Of a DNA stretch of 64,000 nt, positions 22,255 to 33,714 are shown in pieces. The notes beneath the pieces are model-generated. The model was given only the letters and a program-made list of their open reading frames with translations, was not told where the DNA came from and made no database searches. The translations under genes and the position numbers were made by a program. Numbering within the stretch: position 1 is the stretch's first letter; each line of letters starts with the position of its first letter. The DNA is from Chiloscyllium plagiosum. Its lineage: Eukaryota. The stretch spans positions 747,029 through 811,028 of the forward strand of contig NC_057758.1 in assembly GCF_004010195.1 (NCBI RefSeq), written 5' to 3'.

Positions 22255-24720
22255 AATATGGAACATAGAACAGGCCTGTACAGGTTCTTCGGCCCACGAT
22301 GTTGTAACTAACATTTACCTTAGTCAGAGACCAACCTAATCTACACACCTCTCAATGTACTGCTGTCCATTTGCTTGTCAAACAGTCTCTTAAATGTGAA
22401 TAATGTCTCTGACGTCACTACCATTGCTTGCCGTCCATTCCACATATCGACCAGACTCTACATAAAGGACCTACCTTTGACATCTCCCCTAAACCTTCCT
22501 CCAAACACTTTAAAATTATGACCCCTCATGACAGACATTTCAGCCCTGGGGAAATGTTTCTGGCTTTCTACTCTACATAGGCCTCGCATTACCTTGTTCA
22601 TCTCTATCAAATCACCTCCCTTCCTTCTTCTCTCCATTGTGAACAGCATGAGCTCACTCTCCCACTCTTCAGAAGACAGTCATCCAATCCAGGCAGCATT
22701 CTGTGACATCTCCTATGCACCCACTCTAAAGCATCTACATACTTTCTATAATGAGTTATCCATAACTGGAAACAATATTCCAAATGTGTTCGAACCAGGG
22801 ACTTTCAGAACTTTAACAAAACTTCATAGAATATAAAATAACGAACATTACAGCACAGTGCACGTTATTTGGCCCTTGATGATGCCCCAACCTGTGAAAC
22901 CAATTCGAAGACCATGTAACCCACATCCATTCCACTTTCATCCAAAAGTCTGTCCAATGACCATTGAAATGCACTTAAAGTTGATGAGTCTACTACTGTT
23001 GCAGGTAATTCGTTCCACGCCCCTAATATTCTCTGAGTAAATAGGTACTTAATCTATCACACCTCCATTGAAAGCTACGACCCTTGTGCTAACCATCACC
23101 ATTCGAAGAAAATAGCTCTGACTGTCCACCTTCTGATTATCTCATATGTCTTCATTAAGTAACTTCTCAACCGCCTTCGCTCTGATGCAAACAGCCTCAA
23201 TTCCATCTGCATTTCCACATCAGACCTTCCAACTTTCCCAGGCAACATCCTAGAAAATCTTCTCTGAATTCTTTGCAATGCTTCCACATGCTTCCTGTCA
23301 TGCCATGACCAGAACTCAATGCAATACGCCAAGCATGACAGTACCATAATTTTGTTAAGCTGCGCTATGACGTCATGGTTCCAAAACCCAATCTCTCTAC
23401 TAATACAAAGAGAATACGCCATATGCCATCATAACAACCCTCTCAACCTGGATGGCAACGTTCAAGGATCGATATATCTGGACACTGAAATATCTATCGC
23501 CCTCTGTAACCGATAACATAATTCGGAACAACCCACAACTGTACCAACCTCAGTGTCATCCACAACTTTACTAACCCATCCTTCTACGCCCTTACTCAGA
23601 TCACTTATAAACATGACAAACAGCAGTGGACCCAAAACAAATCTTTGCTGTTCGTCACTAATAATGAAACTCCAGGACGAACACTTCCTGTCAACAATCA
23701 CTCTTTGTCCGCTTACAGCGAGCCAATTTCTGATCCAAACAGCTAAATCACCCTCAATCCCATGACTCCATATTTTGTGCAATCGCCTACCGCAGGGAAC
23801 CTTATCAAACGTCTTACTGAAATTCAAAAACATCATACCAGCCGCTTTACCGTAATCCACCTCTTTGGACAACTTCTCGAAAAACTCGATAAGATTTGTG
23901 AGGCACGAACTTCACCTCAGAAAATCGTGTTCATTATTCCTCATCAACTCATTCATTTCTAGATGATTACAAATCATATAATCTTGTCCAACACTTTAGC
24001 CACAATTGAAGTAAGGCTCGCTGGCCAATAATTACTTGGATTGTCTCTACTCTCCTTCTTGAAGAAGGGAACAGCATTTGTTACTCTCGAGTCTTCTGGC
24101 ACTATTCCTGTAAACAATGATGACATAAAGATCAAAGCTCGACAATCTTGTCCCTGTCTTCGCAGAGAATCCGAACATTAGTCCCATTCGGTCAAGTGGA
24201 CTTCAGCATTTTCATACTTTACAGAATTGCTGGCAACTCCTCATTGTGTATGTCTATCCCATCTGCTGTAGGAGCCTGTGCATCAGCATTGCCCTCGACA
24301 ATTTTGTGTTTCTCTAGTGTGAATACTGACAAAAATATTCATTCAGCGCTTCCCCTATCTCCTCTAACACCGCACACAACTTCCCACTACCATCCTTGAT
24401 TAGATCTAAACTTACACTAGTCATTCTTTTCTTCATGATATACTTATGAGAAGCCTCATGGTCATCCTTGATCCTATCCACCATTGAATTCTAAAGTCTG
24501 GTCCTGGCTCTTCTTAGCTCTCTTTTTCGGTTTTTCCTGGCTAACTTGTCACTCTCAAGCGAACTAACTTAACCATCACATTTCATCCTAACATAACTCT
24601 TCTTCTTCCTCTTGACAAGAGATTCAGTTTCTTCAGTAAATAAGTGTTCCTGCACTCGACAGCTTCTTCACTCCCTGAGAGGTACATCCTTAACAATGAT
24701 CCGCAGTAGCTTTTCCTTGA
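22255..24720 (-). mobile_element. Two adjacent CR1/HER1 LINE fragments
   Basis: 3' tails at ~22260 and ~22830; ORF 23462-23872 has the RT core (FSKTFDKVP, VLGPLLFVMFISDL, VVDDTE). Confidence 0.85.
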
Positions 24721-25049
24721 ATATGCGGTGCAGGAACTCCTCTCAGTGTCAAGGATCTCCTTCACTGTGCTGAGTGACCCCCCCCACTCTGCTCAGTGGT
24801 GAGAATTTCAAACAGTTCCAGCAGCACTAAACTCGGCATTCCCTTGCTGCTTTTCAAAAATGGGGACTGCTACGTGTTTTGAAGTGACCTGCTGACAGTC
24901 TCTCGCATGGGGCAGTCTTCTTGTAAAAAAGCACAAATGATGAATTAATTGCATGATACGAACAAGCTCAGAGAAAAAAAAGGTTCCCAGGTTCACATGT
25001 ACAAATATCACTGACCACTTTGATAGAACAGTTAAATGCAAATCTTGCC

Positions 25050-25650
25050 TAATACAGCCATGGTCTTGATTATAATAGCAAGAAGCGAGGTTGTATCTGT
25101 TTCGGACTGATTAGGCCATAGCTTGAGTACTCCATGCAGTTCCGATCACTGCACTGCAGGAAGGATGAGAATGCACTGCAGGGGAAACATACCAAGATAG
25201 AGCCTGGGATGGAGAGGTTAGGCTATGATGAGAAGCGGGATAAGATCTAATAGATTTCTTTGGAGCAGCAAAAAAAAAGTGGAAACCGAATGCAGGTATT
25301 TAAGATTATGAGGAACATGGACATTGTGCATATAAAGCTAGCTTTCTCTTTATTCAAAACGTCAATAGGAATAAAAGGGGGATAATTCTGAAGTGATAGG
25401 TCTGAAGTTTAGAGGGGATTTAAAGAAAAAACATTTTCACGCAGAGGGAAGGGTGTCTGGAATGGACTGCCTGGAAGAGTGGTTGATATGGGAAACCTCA
25501 CAAACGTTAAAAAGTACTTGGATGAGCCACCTGAAGTATCATCGCATTGTAGTCAAATGGCATAGTGTGTAAAAATGGGACTAGTGCAGGTAGCGGTGTA
25601 TTTTTGTGGTACAGTCTCAATGGGCAGAAATTCCTCTTCTGTACTCTGTG
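25050..25650 (+). mobile_element. Old CR1 3' fragment
   Basis: LIRP.LEYSMQF and WNGLPGRVV motifs. Confidence 0.6.
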
Positions 25651-25776
25651 GGTCAAACAAACCTGTCACGAGGCAGTCATGCGCGCACACTTATGCACGG
25701 AGACATAGACGTGCACGCACGCTACTCAGATAAGAAAAAGCTGTATGGCCCAAGTCAGTCAAGCATACACACATAC

Positions 25777-26026
25777 CTGTTCCTGGGCACAGCACTCACT
25801 GTCCGATTCAATTGCTACTCCTCTGGGGGATTGGACAGGAATAGACTCTGTGGTCTGTTTACAGATTGCTTCATAACATTTTAATGTACCGCACAGCCGG
25901 CTGGTCTTCAGGACAAGATATGTTTCTGAGGACATGGAGCGGAAAGAAACTTGTTGCAGGTCATTACCATTGGAAAGGATAGCGCCTCGGGAGTGGCCGG
26001 GCAATTGGGGAGGGAGCAGGCGAAAT
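25777..26026 (-). other. Isolated exon-like segment, Cys-containing, unknown
   Basis: Acceptor TTGCTTTTACGATGCAG| and strong donor CAG|GTATGT; one frame open throughout (...RLCGTLKCYEAICKQ...SECCAQEQ). Confidence 0.3.
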
Positions 26027-26319
26027 CTGCATCGTAAAAGCAAAGACCCGAACATCAGGGAAGCACCGTCAGTGACGGTTTCTGTCTAACAGCCACTTGG
26101 AAAGAGTGTTCATAATGTTGCATTGTATATTTTTTGAGGAGAGATAGCTGGAATCTGAAACAAAACTATTGTGTTGGATAAGGGTTAATTGTCAAATATG
26201 AAGGTCTCAATTAGGTTCCAGTTTTCACCTCACTCTTGAGAATGTGCTATTTAGTATGAACGAACACTGAGCCTTCAGTTAGATTGTAATCTGTCACACA
26301 CCTAGTAAATATTTAGGAA

Positions 26320-27610
26320 ACAGAACATAGAAGCATACACCACAGCAACAGACTCTCCTGCCCACCATGTTTGCTCCAATCGTGACTCCACGCTCAACTA
26401 CCCCCGTCTGCCTGCACGTGGTTCCTATTCCTCTATTCTCTGCTTGTTGACAAGTCTGTGGAAATCCCTCTTAAATATTGCTATTTTATTTGCTTCTCCC
26501 ACTTCCCCAGTTGCAGGTTTAATTCTTATCACTCTCTATGCATAAAGAATGACGTTCTGCTCTTATCGTTTTTAAACTTAACCTCTCTCACCTTAAACCT
26601 GTGCCAAGGAGTGTTTGGCGTTTCCATCTCGGGGAAAAGCCGCCGACTATTTACCTTCTCCATGCATCTCATAATTTTATGCAGAATTCTCAGGTTGCCC
26701 TCAGCCTCCAATGCTCTCCCGAAATCAATCCAAATCCGGAAATCTCTGCTGATATCTAATCCACTCCAATTTAAGTTGCATCCTGATAAACCTGTTTTGC
26801 ACACTGGCGAAAGCCCTCAAGACCTCTTAAAGTGCGAGGATTAGAACTGCACATGATACTCTAAATGTGGCCTCACTAAAAGTTTATACATCTGCAAAAT
26901 GACTTGACACCTTTTATACTGCCTGATGAAGGCAAGCATGCTATCAGTCACCTTTATCACCTTTGCAATTGTGTTACCAAATTCAGAGAGCTTTGGACAG
27001 TTTAAAAATAATGGATAGACCATTTAGAACAGATTTGCGTAGAAACCTCTTCACCCAGAGAGTAGAGGTTATGTGGAATGCTCTGTCCCAGATAGCAGTG
27101 GAGGCCAAGTCTTTGGATACTGTCAAGAAAGATGTGGATACAGCTCTTATGGATAGTGGAATCAAGAGCTCTTAGAGAGAGTGGAAGTGGGGATAAGGCA
27201 GGAACAGGATGCTGATTGTGCGTGATCAGCCATGATCATAATGAATAGTGGTGCTAGCTCAAAGGCCGAATGCTCAACTCCTGCACCTATTGTCTATTGT
27301 CTAATGCACCACAATGTCCTTCTGTGTAGCCTTGCATCCCAGGGTCCTGATATTTACTGTATACTTTCCTGTTGCATTTTTATCTGCCAAAATGCATCAG
27401 TACATACTTGTTCAGATTAAACTTCGTCTTCCATTTACCTGCCTAAGTCAGCGTGGAGATCTCTGCACTGACCTTCGTGGAACACCACTGGCCACAAACC
27501 TTCGTCAAAATAACACCTCTCCGGAGCTGTCCTCTCTTTGTTAACCAAATCAGTTTGGATCCCAACTGCTGAACACCCTGCAGAGTTCATGCAACTTCAA
27601 CTTTTAGATC
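26320..27610. mobile_element. Nested CR1 LINE 3' fragments in both orientations
   Basis: LVRPHLEYHVQF (minus) and FTQRVEVMWNAL (plus) motifs. Confidence 0.7.
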
Positions 27611-27619
27611 AGTCTTTAG

Positions 27620-28480
27620 ATTAGTCTTTCTATGTCATTCTGTCTGTCGTTCTCCCTCTATCTGTCAATCTGCCTCGCTCTCTCATTGTCTTCCTATCAC
27701 TCTCCCCCATCTGTTTGCCACGCTGTCCCTCTCAATCTGTCACTCTGTCTGCCTCGGTCACTCTTGCTCTACCTGGGTAGTCATACAGTCATAGAGTTGT
27801 ACAACACAAAACATCTGGTCCATGCCGACCAGGTATCCCAACCTAATCTCGTCCCATTTGACAGCACTTCACCATATCCGTCTGAACCCTTCCTGTACAT
27901 ATACCATCCAGATGCCTTTTAAATATTGCAATTGGACCAGTCTCCACCACTTCATCTGGCAGCTCACTTCATGTACGCACCACGCTCTGTGTGAACACGT
28001 TGCCCCTTACGTTCCTTCAATATCTTTCCCCTCTCACCCTTAACCTATGTCCTCTACTTCTTGTCTCCCTCACTCCAGGGAAAAAGTCCTTGTCTCTTTA
28101 CCCTATCCATGCCACTCATTATTTTATAAACCTCTATATGGTCACCTCTCAATCTGTCTGTTAGTCTGTCTGTTTGTCTGTATCTCTCTATCTGCCACTC
28201 TGCCTGCTTTTTCATTTACTTCCCTGCCTATCAGTTTGTCTCTCTCTGTCAATCTGCCTGTCTGTCTCTCTTTGTCAGGCAGTCTCTCTCTGGCACTGCC
28301 TCTCTGTTTGTTTTTCTGTTTCTCTATCTGTCTCTCTCAGTCCCTTTCTGTATACTTATTTCTCACCCTGCCTCTTCCATTTCTCCATTGCACTTTCTCT
28401 GTCTTTCCTTTCCTCTTTTTCAGTTTCTTTCCGTCTAACTCTCTCTCTCTTTCTGTCTCTCTGTTCTTCTCTACCAATTG
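27620..28480. repeat. CT-rich low-complexity tract interrupted by a CR1 3' end (27780-28150, minus)
   Basis: Pyrimidine-rich simple repeats; AGTCATAC/AGTCATAG LINE tail at 27780. Confidence 0.75.
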
Positions 28481-28676
28481 GTGAGATCTCATCAATGCCT
28501 TGTACAACCGCAACGTGGTGCCCCCAATGCATTTGACCAATGAAGGTAAGATGCCAAATGCCTTCTGGACCAATCTGTCCATCTCTGACTCCACTTTCAA
28601 GGAAAAATGTGCATGCACCGGACCATTAACTGGATACATCCTGATTTGTAGGAGCTGTTCTTGGACTGTGGTGGAC

Positions 28677-29945
28677 ACAGTTAGAAAATCACACAATACC
28701 ATATTATAGTCCAACAGGTTTATTTCAAAGAACTAGCTTTCAAAGCGCTGCTCCGTCGTCAGGTAGCTGTGGAGCAGGACCGTAAGACATAAAATGTATA
28801 ACAAAATATGGCACTGACATGCAACTGAAATGATAACAAAATATGGCACTGACATGCAACTGAAATGATATATTAAACAACCCTAAATTGCTGTTAAGAC
28901 TTTCATCTTTTAGAATAGGTTGCAGGTTTCGGTTCATTAATATATAATTCCCAGAACTTCCTATAAATTACATCCACCAGATAACTTAAGATTGAATTTG
29001 AAACAATGTGACATCTCAGCTCAGACAATGCATGAAATGAGTGAGGTTAAAATCTATCTGCATCCCAATCTTGACAGACTGGTTCTGTTTCCAAAGTGAA
29101 ATTCATAAAATATTGCATGGTTTGAATGCCTACATTTACTGCCTACGGATTGCATACTTTTTGATCAAAATAGAATGTATCCGCAAATATAATTCTGCAA
29201 ATGCAAATTCACTCCATAGACGTATATGCATTTGTACGTGCATGAGAGATGGAGTACGAGTGTGCGCATTTGAGTGTGCACGTGTGAATGTGAGTGCGTG
29301 TGAGACTCTGTTTGGTAGAGCGTGTGTGTGATTGCAATGGATTATAAGCCTGTGAGAGGGTGTGTATGTAAGTGTGTATGTATGGAGGCTGTATGTGTGC
29401 GTGGGAAAGACAGTGTATGGTGTAATGGGGTCACCTGTAGTGTGACATGAACCAAGAGCCCGGTTAGGCCATCCGCATGGGTACCTATCAGTCTCTGCTC
29501 AGCTACCCTCCATTGTTGTGTATCCCAATATCTGCGTTGTTGGATGTTCACCCGATGATCCAAGGCCGAATATTCCTGATGCTGAAGTGTTCCCTGACCA
29601 TGTATGCGGCAGCTACTCAGGTGACTCAGACAATGTTTTCCATCTCATTCACTGCAGGCAAGGATTCACGAGGCATGGCATATTGGTGATCCCAAGCAGC
29701 CACTATAGCAATGGATGAATAGATACTACGCAGACAGGGGTGTTCCCTCCCGATCGAGGAGACTTCAGCGGTCATTCGGCCTCGGATCTTCATGTGACCA
29801 TCCTCCAAGGTGCACTTCAGGATACACAACAGTGCAGAATGACTGAGCAGAGGCTGATAGCAATGATCGGTACCCAGGAGGATTCTGTCAACAGGGACTA
29901 TGGATTCATGTCACACTACAGGTGACCCCAGTGCACAGTACACAC

Positions 29946-29987
<42 letters not shown>

Positions 29988-30762
29988 GCACACACACACA
30001 CAACAAGCACACGCACACACATTCTCACGCACATACACATTCAGACCCTCTTACATCCACACTTTGTCGCTCATTCACACACGCATGCACCACCCACGCT
30101 CACACCCATGTACACAATCCTCTCACAAGTTTATATTCCATCACATTCGCGCACACACACTTTACAAAGCATGCACACCTACACGCGCACACTCTCATGC
30201 GCACTCTCACTCCATGCACATACTCATACACTCTATCTCTCTCATGCATGCATACACATATATAGGTCAATGGAGTAAACTTGCATTTGCAGACTTATAT
30301 TTGCAGATACATTCTACTTTGCACAGAAAAGCATACAATCTACAGACAGTCAATGCAGGCAGTTAATCCATATAATATTTTGTAAATTCCCCTTTGGAAA
30401 TAGAAACTGTCTGACTCAAGATTCGGATACAGACAGTCAACTCACACCTTTGAAGCAATATCTGAGCTGAAATGTTTCTTCCATTATATAATAACTTAAA
30501 TTATCTGGAGGATATGACTTAACAAAAGTTCTGGGATTTGCATATCAATGAACTGAAAAATGGGACCAATTCTAAGAGATGAAAGACCTAACACCAATGT
30601 AGGCTTGTTCATTATATCATTGCAGTTCCATGAGGATGTAGTATTTTGCTATCAATTTTGTGTCTTGCTCCACACCTACCTGATGAAGGAGCAGCGCTAT
30701 TAAAGTTAGTACTTCGAAACAAAGCATTTGGACGACAACCTGCTGTTGTGCGATTTTCAACT
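28677..30762. mobile_element. Head-to-head inverted pair of Penelope-like fragments
   Basis: Plus copy 29612-30762 encodes DSDNVFHLIHCRQG..EAWHIG..TEQRLIA...GFMSHYR* (GIY-YIG). Minus copy 28677-29600 mirrors it. Both end in CTGANGA..GGAGCAGCGCT..AAAG motifs. Confidence 0.8.
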
Positions 30763-30765
30763 GTA

Positions 30766-31065
30766 TGGTGGCTCAGTGATTTGCACCGTTGTCTCACAGT
30801 ACTCGAGATGTGGGTTCGATTTCGGCCTTAGGCAACTGTCTGTGTTGAGTTTGCAAATTCTGCCCGTGTCTGCGTGAGTTTCCTCCAGGTGCTGTGGTTT
30901 CCTCCCACAGTCCATAGATTTTCAGGACAGGTGAATTACCCATGCTAAATTGTCCACCGTGTTAGGTATCTTAGTCAGGGGTACATGTAGGGTAAGGACC
31001 TGGGTTGCTGTTCATAGGGTCAGTGTGGACTTGTTGGGCCAAATGACCTTTTTCCATACTGTAAG
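30766..31065 (+). mobile_element. HE1-type SINE
   Basis: TGGTGGCTCAGTG...GGTTCGATT head, GTGTCTGCGTG..TTTCCTCC core and LINE-like tail. Confidence 0.8.
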
Positions 31066-31149
31066 TAAAGTAATCTTATCTAAAGTCCTCTCATATTCAT
31101 TTTAACCAAAGGCGGAGTGGAAGGCGCGTCACTCTCTCTGTCAACAGTG

Positions 31150-31760
31150 CTGAGGTGGCGATGGTCAAGAGTGTTAATTCGTTAGAGTGATGATTAGAAG
31201 CAACCTGTCCTGGTCTCCTACGTCGACGCACCGGTTAATAAAGCACTCAGACGTCTCTTATTCCTCAGGAGGCTGAGGGAATTCCACATATTCAGAAAGA
31301 CCCTTGCCAATATTCATTGATGGACCGCAGAAATCATCAGACCTGGACACTGACAGCATGGTGTGGAAATTTCTCTTCCCAAGAAAACAAGGAAGAACAG
31401 AAAGGTGTGAATACAGTTCAGTCCGTCACACAAACCAGTCTTCCATCCAATGTGTACTTCCACGAACCTTGGAAAGCAATATAAATTATTCAAAGACACC
31501 TCCTAAATAATTATACCCTCTTCCACTATCTTTAATCTGGCAGAAGTATTCAAAAGTTTGAAACATGCTCGAACAGATTGAAGACCACGTGCTTCCGGCT
31601 GTTATCACACTTTTGAACGGACCTCTCAAATGTTAAAGTTGATCTCTCTGTCTGTACCTTCCCTGCAGATGTAACATTGTATTCTGCACTCTGATCTGCT
31701 ATCCTGATACATTTCTTTTTTACGGTAATATTTGCCTGTAAGTCCACAAAAAAAAACTTG
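31150..31760 (+). mobile_element. Rex1/Babar-like LINE 3' fragment
   Basis: NLSWS..VDA.VNKALRRLLFLRRLREF motif. Confidence 0.55.
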
Positions 31761-31859
31761 TCACTTTATCCTGGTGCCAGTGGTAACAGAACATCAAATG
31801 AAATCAAAATTCAACACTGGCACACTGACCCAAATGATCAAGAGTCAATTGGATTCTTA

Positions 31860-32900
31860 GATAAGCTTTGCCCTTTTTTGTCTACGCCACGAATTTGGTG
31901 ACATTTGCACACTTATGAACTGTACAACCTGTATTCTCATCCAATCCTATGTACAAGTGACAACCAAGAGTAGGCATAAAACGCGTCCGCGTGACACATC
32001 GCTGGTCATAGCCCTCCTGTTTGAACAGCACACTCGATCACCATCTCTGTCTCCTTATTTGAAACTATGCTTTAATTCAATTGGCTAACTCTAACTGATG
32101 CAACCTTGCAAAACAGTCTACAATAGGGAGCCTTTTAAAAGGCCTTCTTGGAGACCAATTTGACAATGTCTTCTGCTGTGCCTTCATATATCCTCTTGGT
32201 CAGCTCTTCAAACAAACTCAATCACATTTGTCAAACAAGAGTTCACATGCGCACAGCCATGCTGATGACTTCTACTCAGTCCTTCCATTTTAAAATCATA
32301 TGGATCCTGTCTCTCGAATCTCATCCAAACATTTACTCACCCATGACTTAATGCTCGCTGGTATGTCGTTCTCCGAACCTTCCTTGCAGCCTTTCTTAAA
32401 TAATGGCACAGCATTCCAATCCCTCCAGGCTACCAGCACTTCATCCGTGCCTGCAAACAATACAAATATCTCTGCTGGGGCGCTTCAATTCCTTGCTTCG
32501 CATCCTATAAAGTCCTGGAATGCACCTAATCAGGTTGGACGGTCATACTTTTTATGACCCCACACAACTCCTGTTCCATAACACGGTCTCTTTTCAAGAC
32601 ATTACTATTTATTTTCCAAGCTCCCTAAGCTTCCATGCCTTTATCCACAATAAGTTATGATGTAAAATATTCGTTCAGGATCGAACCAGTGTCTTGGCAT
32701 GGAAAGACAGCGTCGTTAACCTTCAACGGATTTGTTCTCTAACCAGTTACTCTTTCTCACTGAATTTGCTTGTTGAAACTCTTTGGATTGTCGTCACCTG
32801 TGTTTGCTAAAGCAACCTCAAGTTCCCATTTTGTTCTTCTGCTTTCTCTCTTATGTATATGTTGCACCACCTTTACTCCACAATGAATTCGCTTGATCTC
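31860..32900 (-). mobile_element. Old CR1 RT fragment
   Basis: Diverged similarity to RT segments elsewhere in the window. Confidence 0.55.
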
Positions 32901-33214
32901 ACCTGTTTAGTCATCATTGTTCCTGGCCTGAGCCATGTGATATCCAGTTGAAATGTTCTGAAATACTATGAAAAATCGAATCCCAGCTTATTAGAAGTCG
33001 TACAATATTTCTTGGAGCCTGCTGCAAAATATTTTAAGTGACTCTTGATTTCAACTTCAGGAATATTTCAACTTTTGTGTTGCACAATATTTTCAAATAT
33101 TCTAAAAAATCCTGATTCTATTCATTAATACAGTTCGTGGATTGGCACATTACAACTTTTTCATTTACTTATTTAGTTCATCACGTCAAAGTGTCTATCT
33201 GTGTGTTTCTGCGA

Positions 33215-33714
33215 NNNNNNNNNNNNNNNNNNNNNNNNNNNNNNNNNNNNNNNNNNNNNNNNNNNNNNNNNNNNNNNNNNNNNNNNNNNNNNNNNNNNNN
33301 NNNNNNNNNNNNNNNNNNNNNNNNNNNNNNNNNNNNNNNNNNNNNNNNNNNNNNNNNNNNNNNNNNNNNNNNNNNNNNNNNNNNNNNNNNNNNNNNNNNN
33401 NNNNNNNNNNNNNNNNNNNNNNNNNNNNNNNNNNNNNNNNNNNNNNNNNNNNNNNNNNNNNNNNNNNNNNNNNNNNNNNNNNNNNNNNNNNNNNNNNNNN
33501 NNNNNNNNNNNNNNNNNNNNNNNNNNNNNNNNNNNNNNNNNNNNNNNNNNNNNNNNNNNNNNNNNNNNNNNNNNNNNNNNNNNNNNNNNNNNNNNNNNNN
33601 NNNNNNNNNNNNNNNNNNNNNNNNNNNNNNNNNNNNNNNNNNNNNNNNNNNNNNNNNNNNNNNNNNNNNNNNNNNNNNNNNNNNNNNNNNNNNNNNNNNN
33701 NNNNNNNNNNNNNN
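33215..33714. other. Assembly gap (500 N)
   Basis: Run of N. Confidence 1.

Noticed and set aside
25777..26026. Insulin/relaxin-like reading of LCG...C and ECC
   Set aside because: Cys spacing fits neither the B chain (C-x11-C) nor the A chain (CC-x3-C-x8-C).
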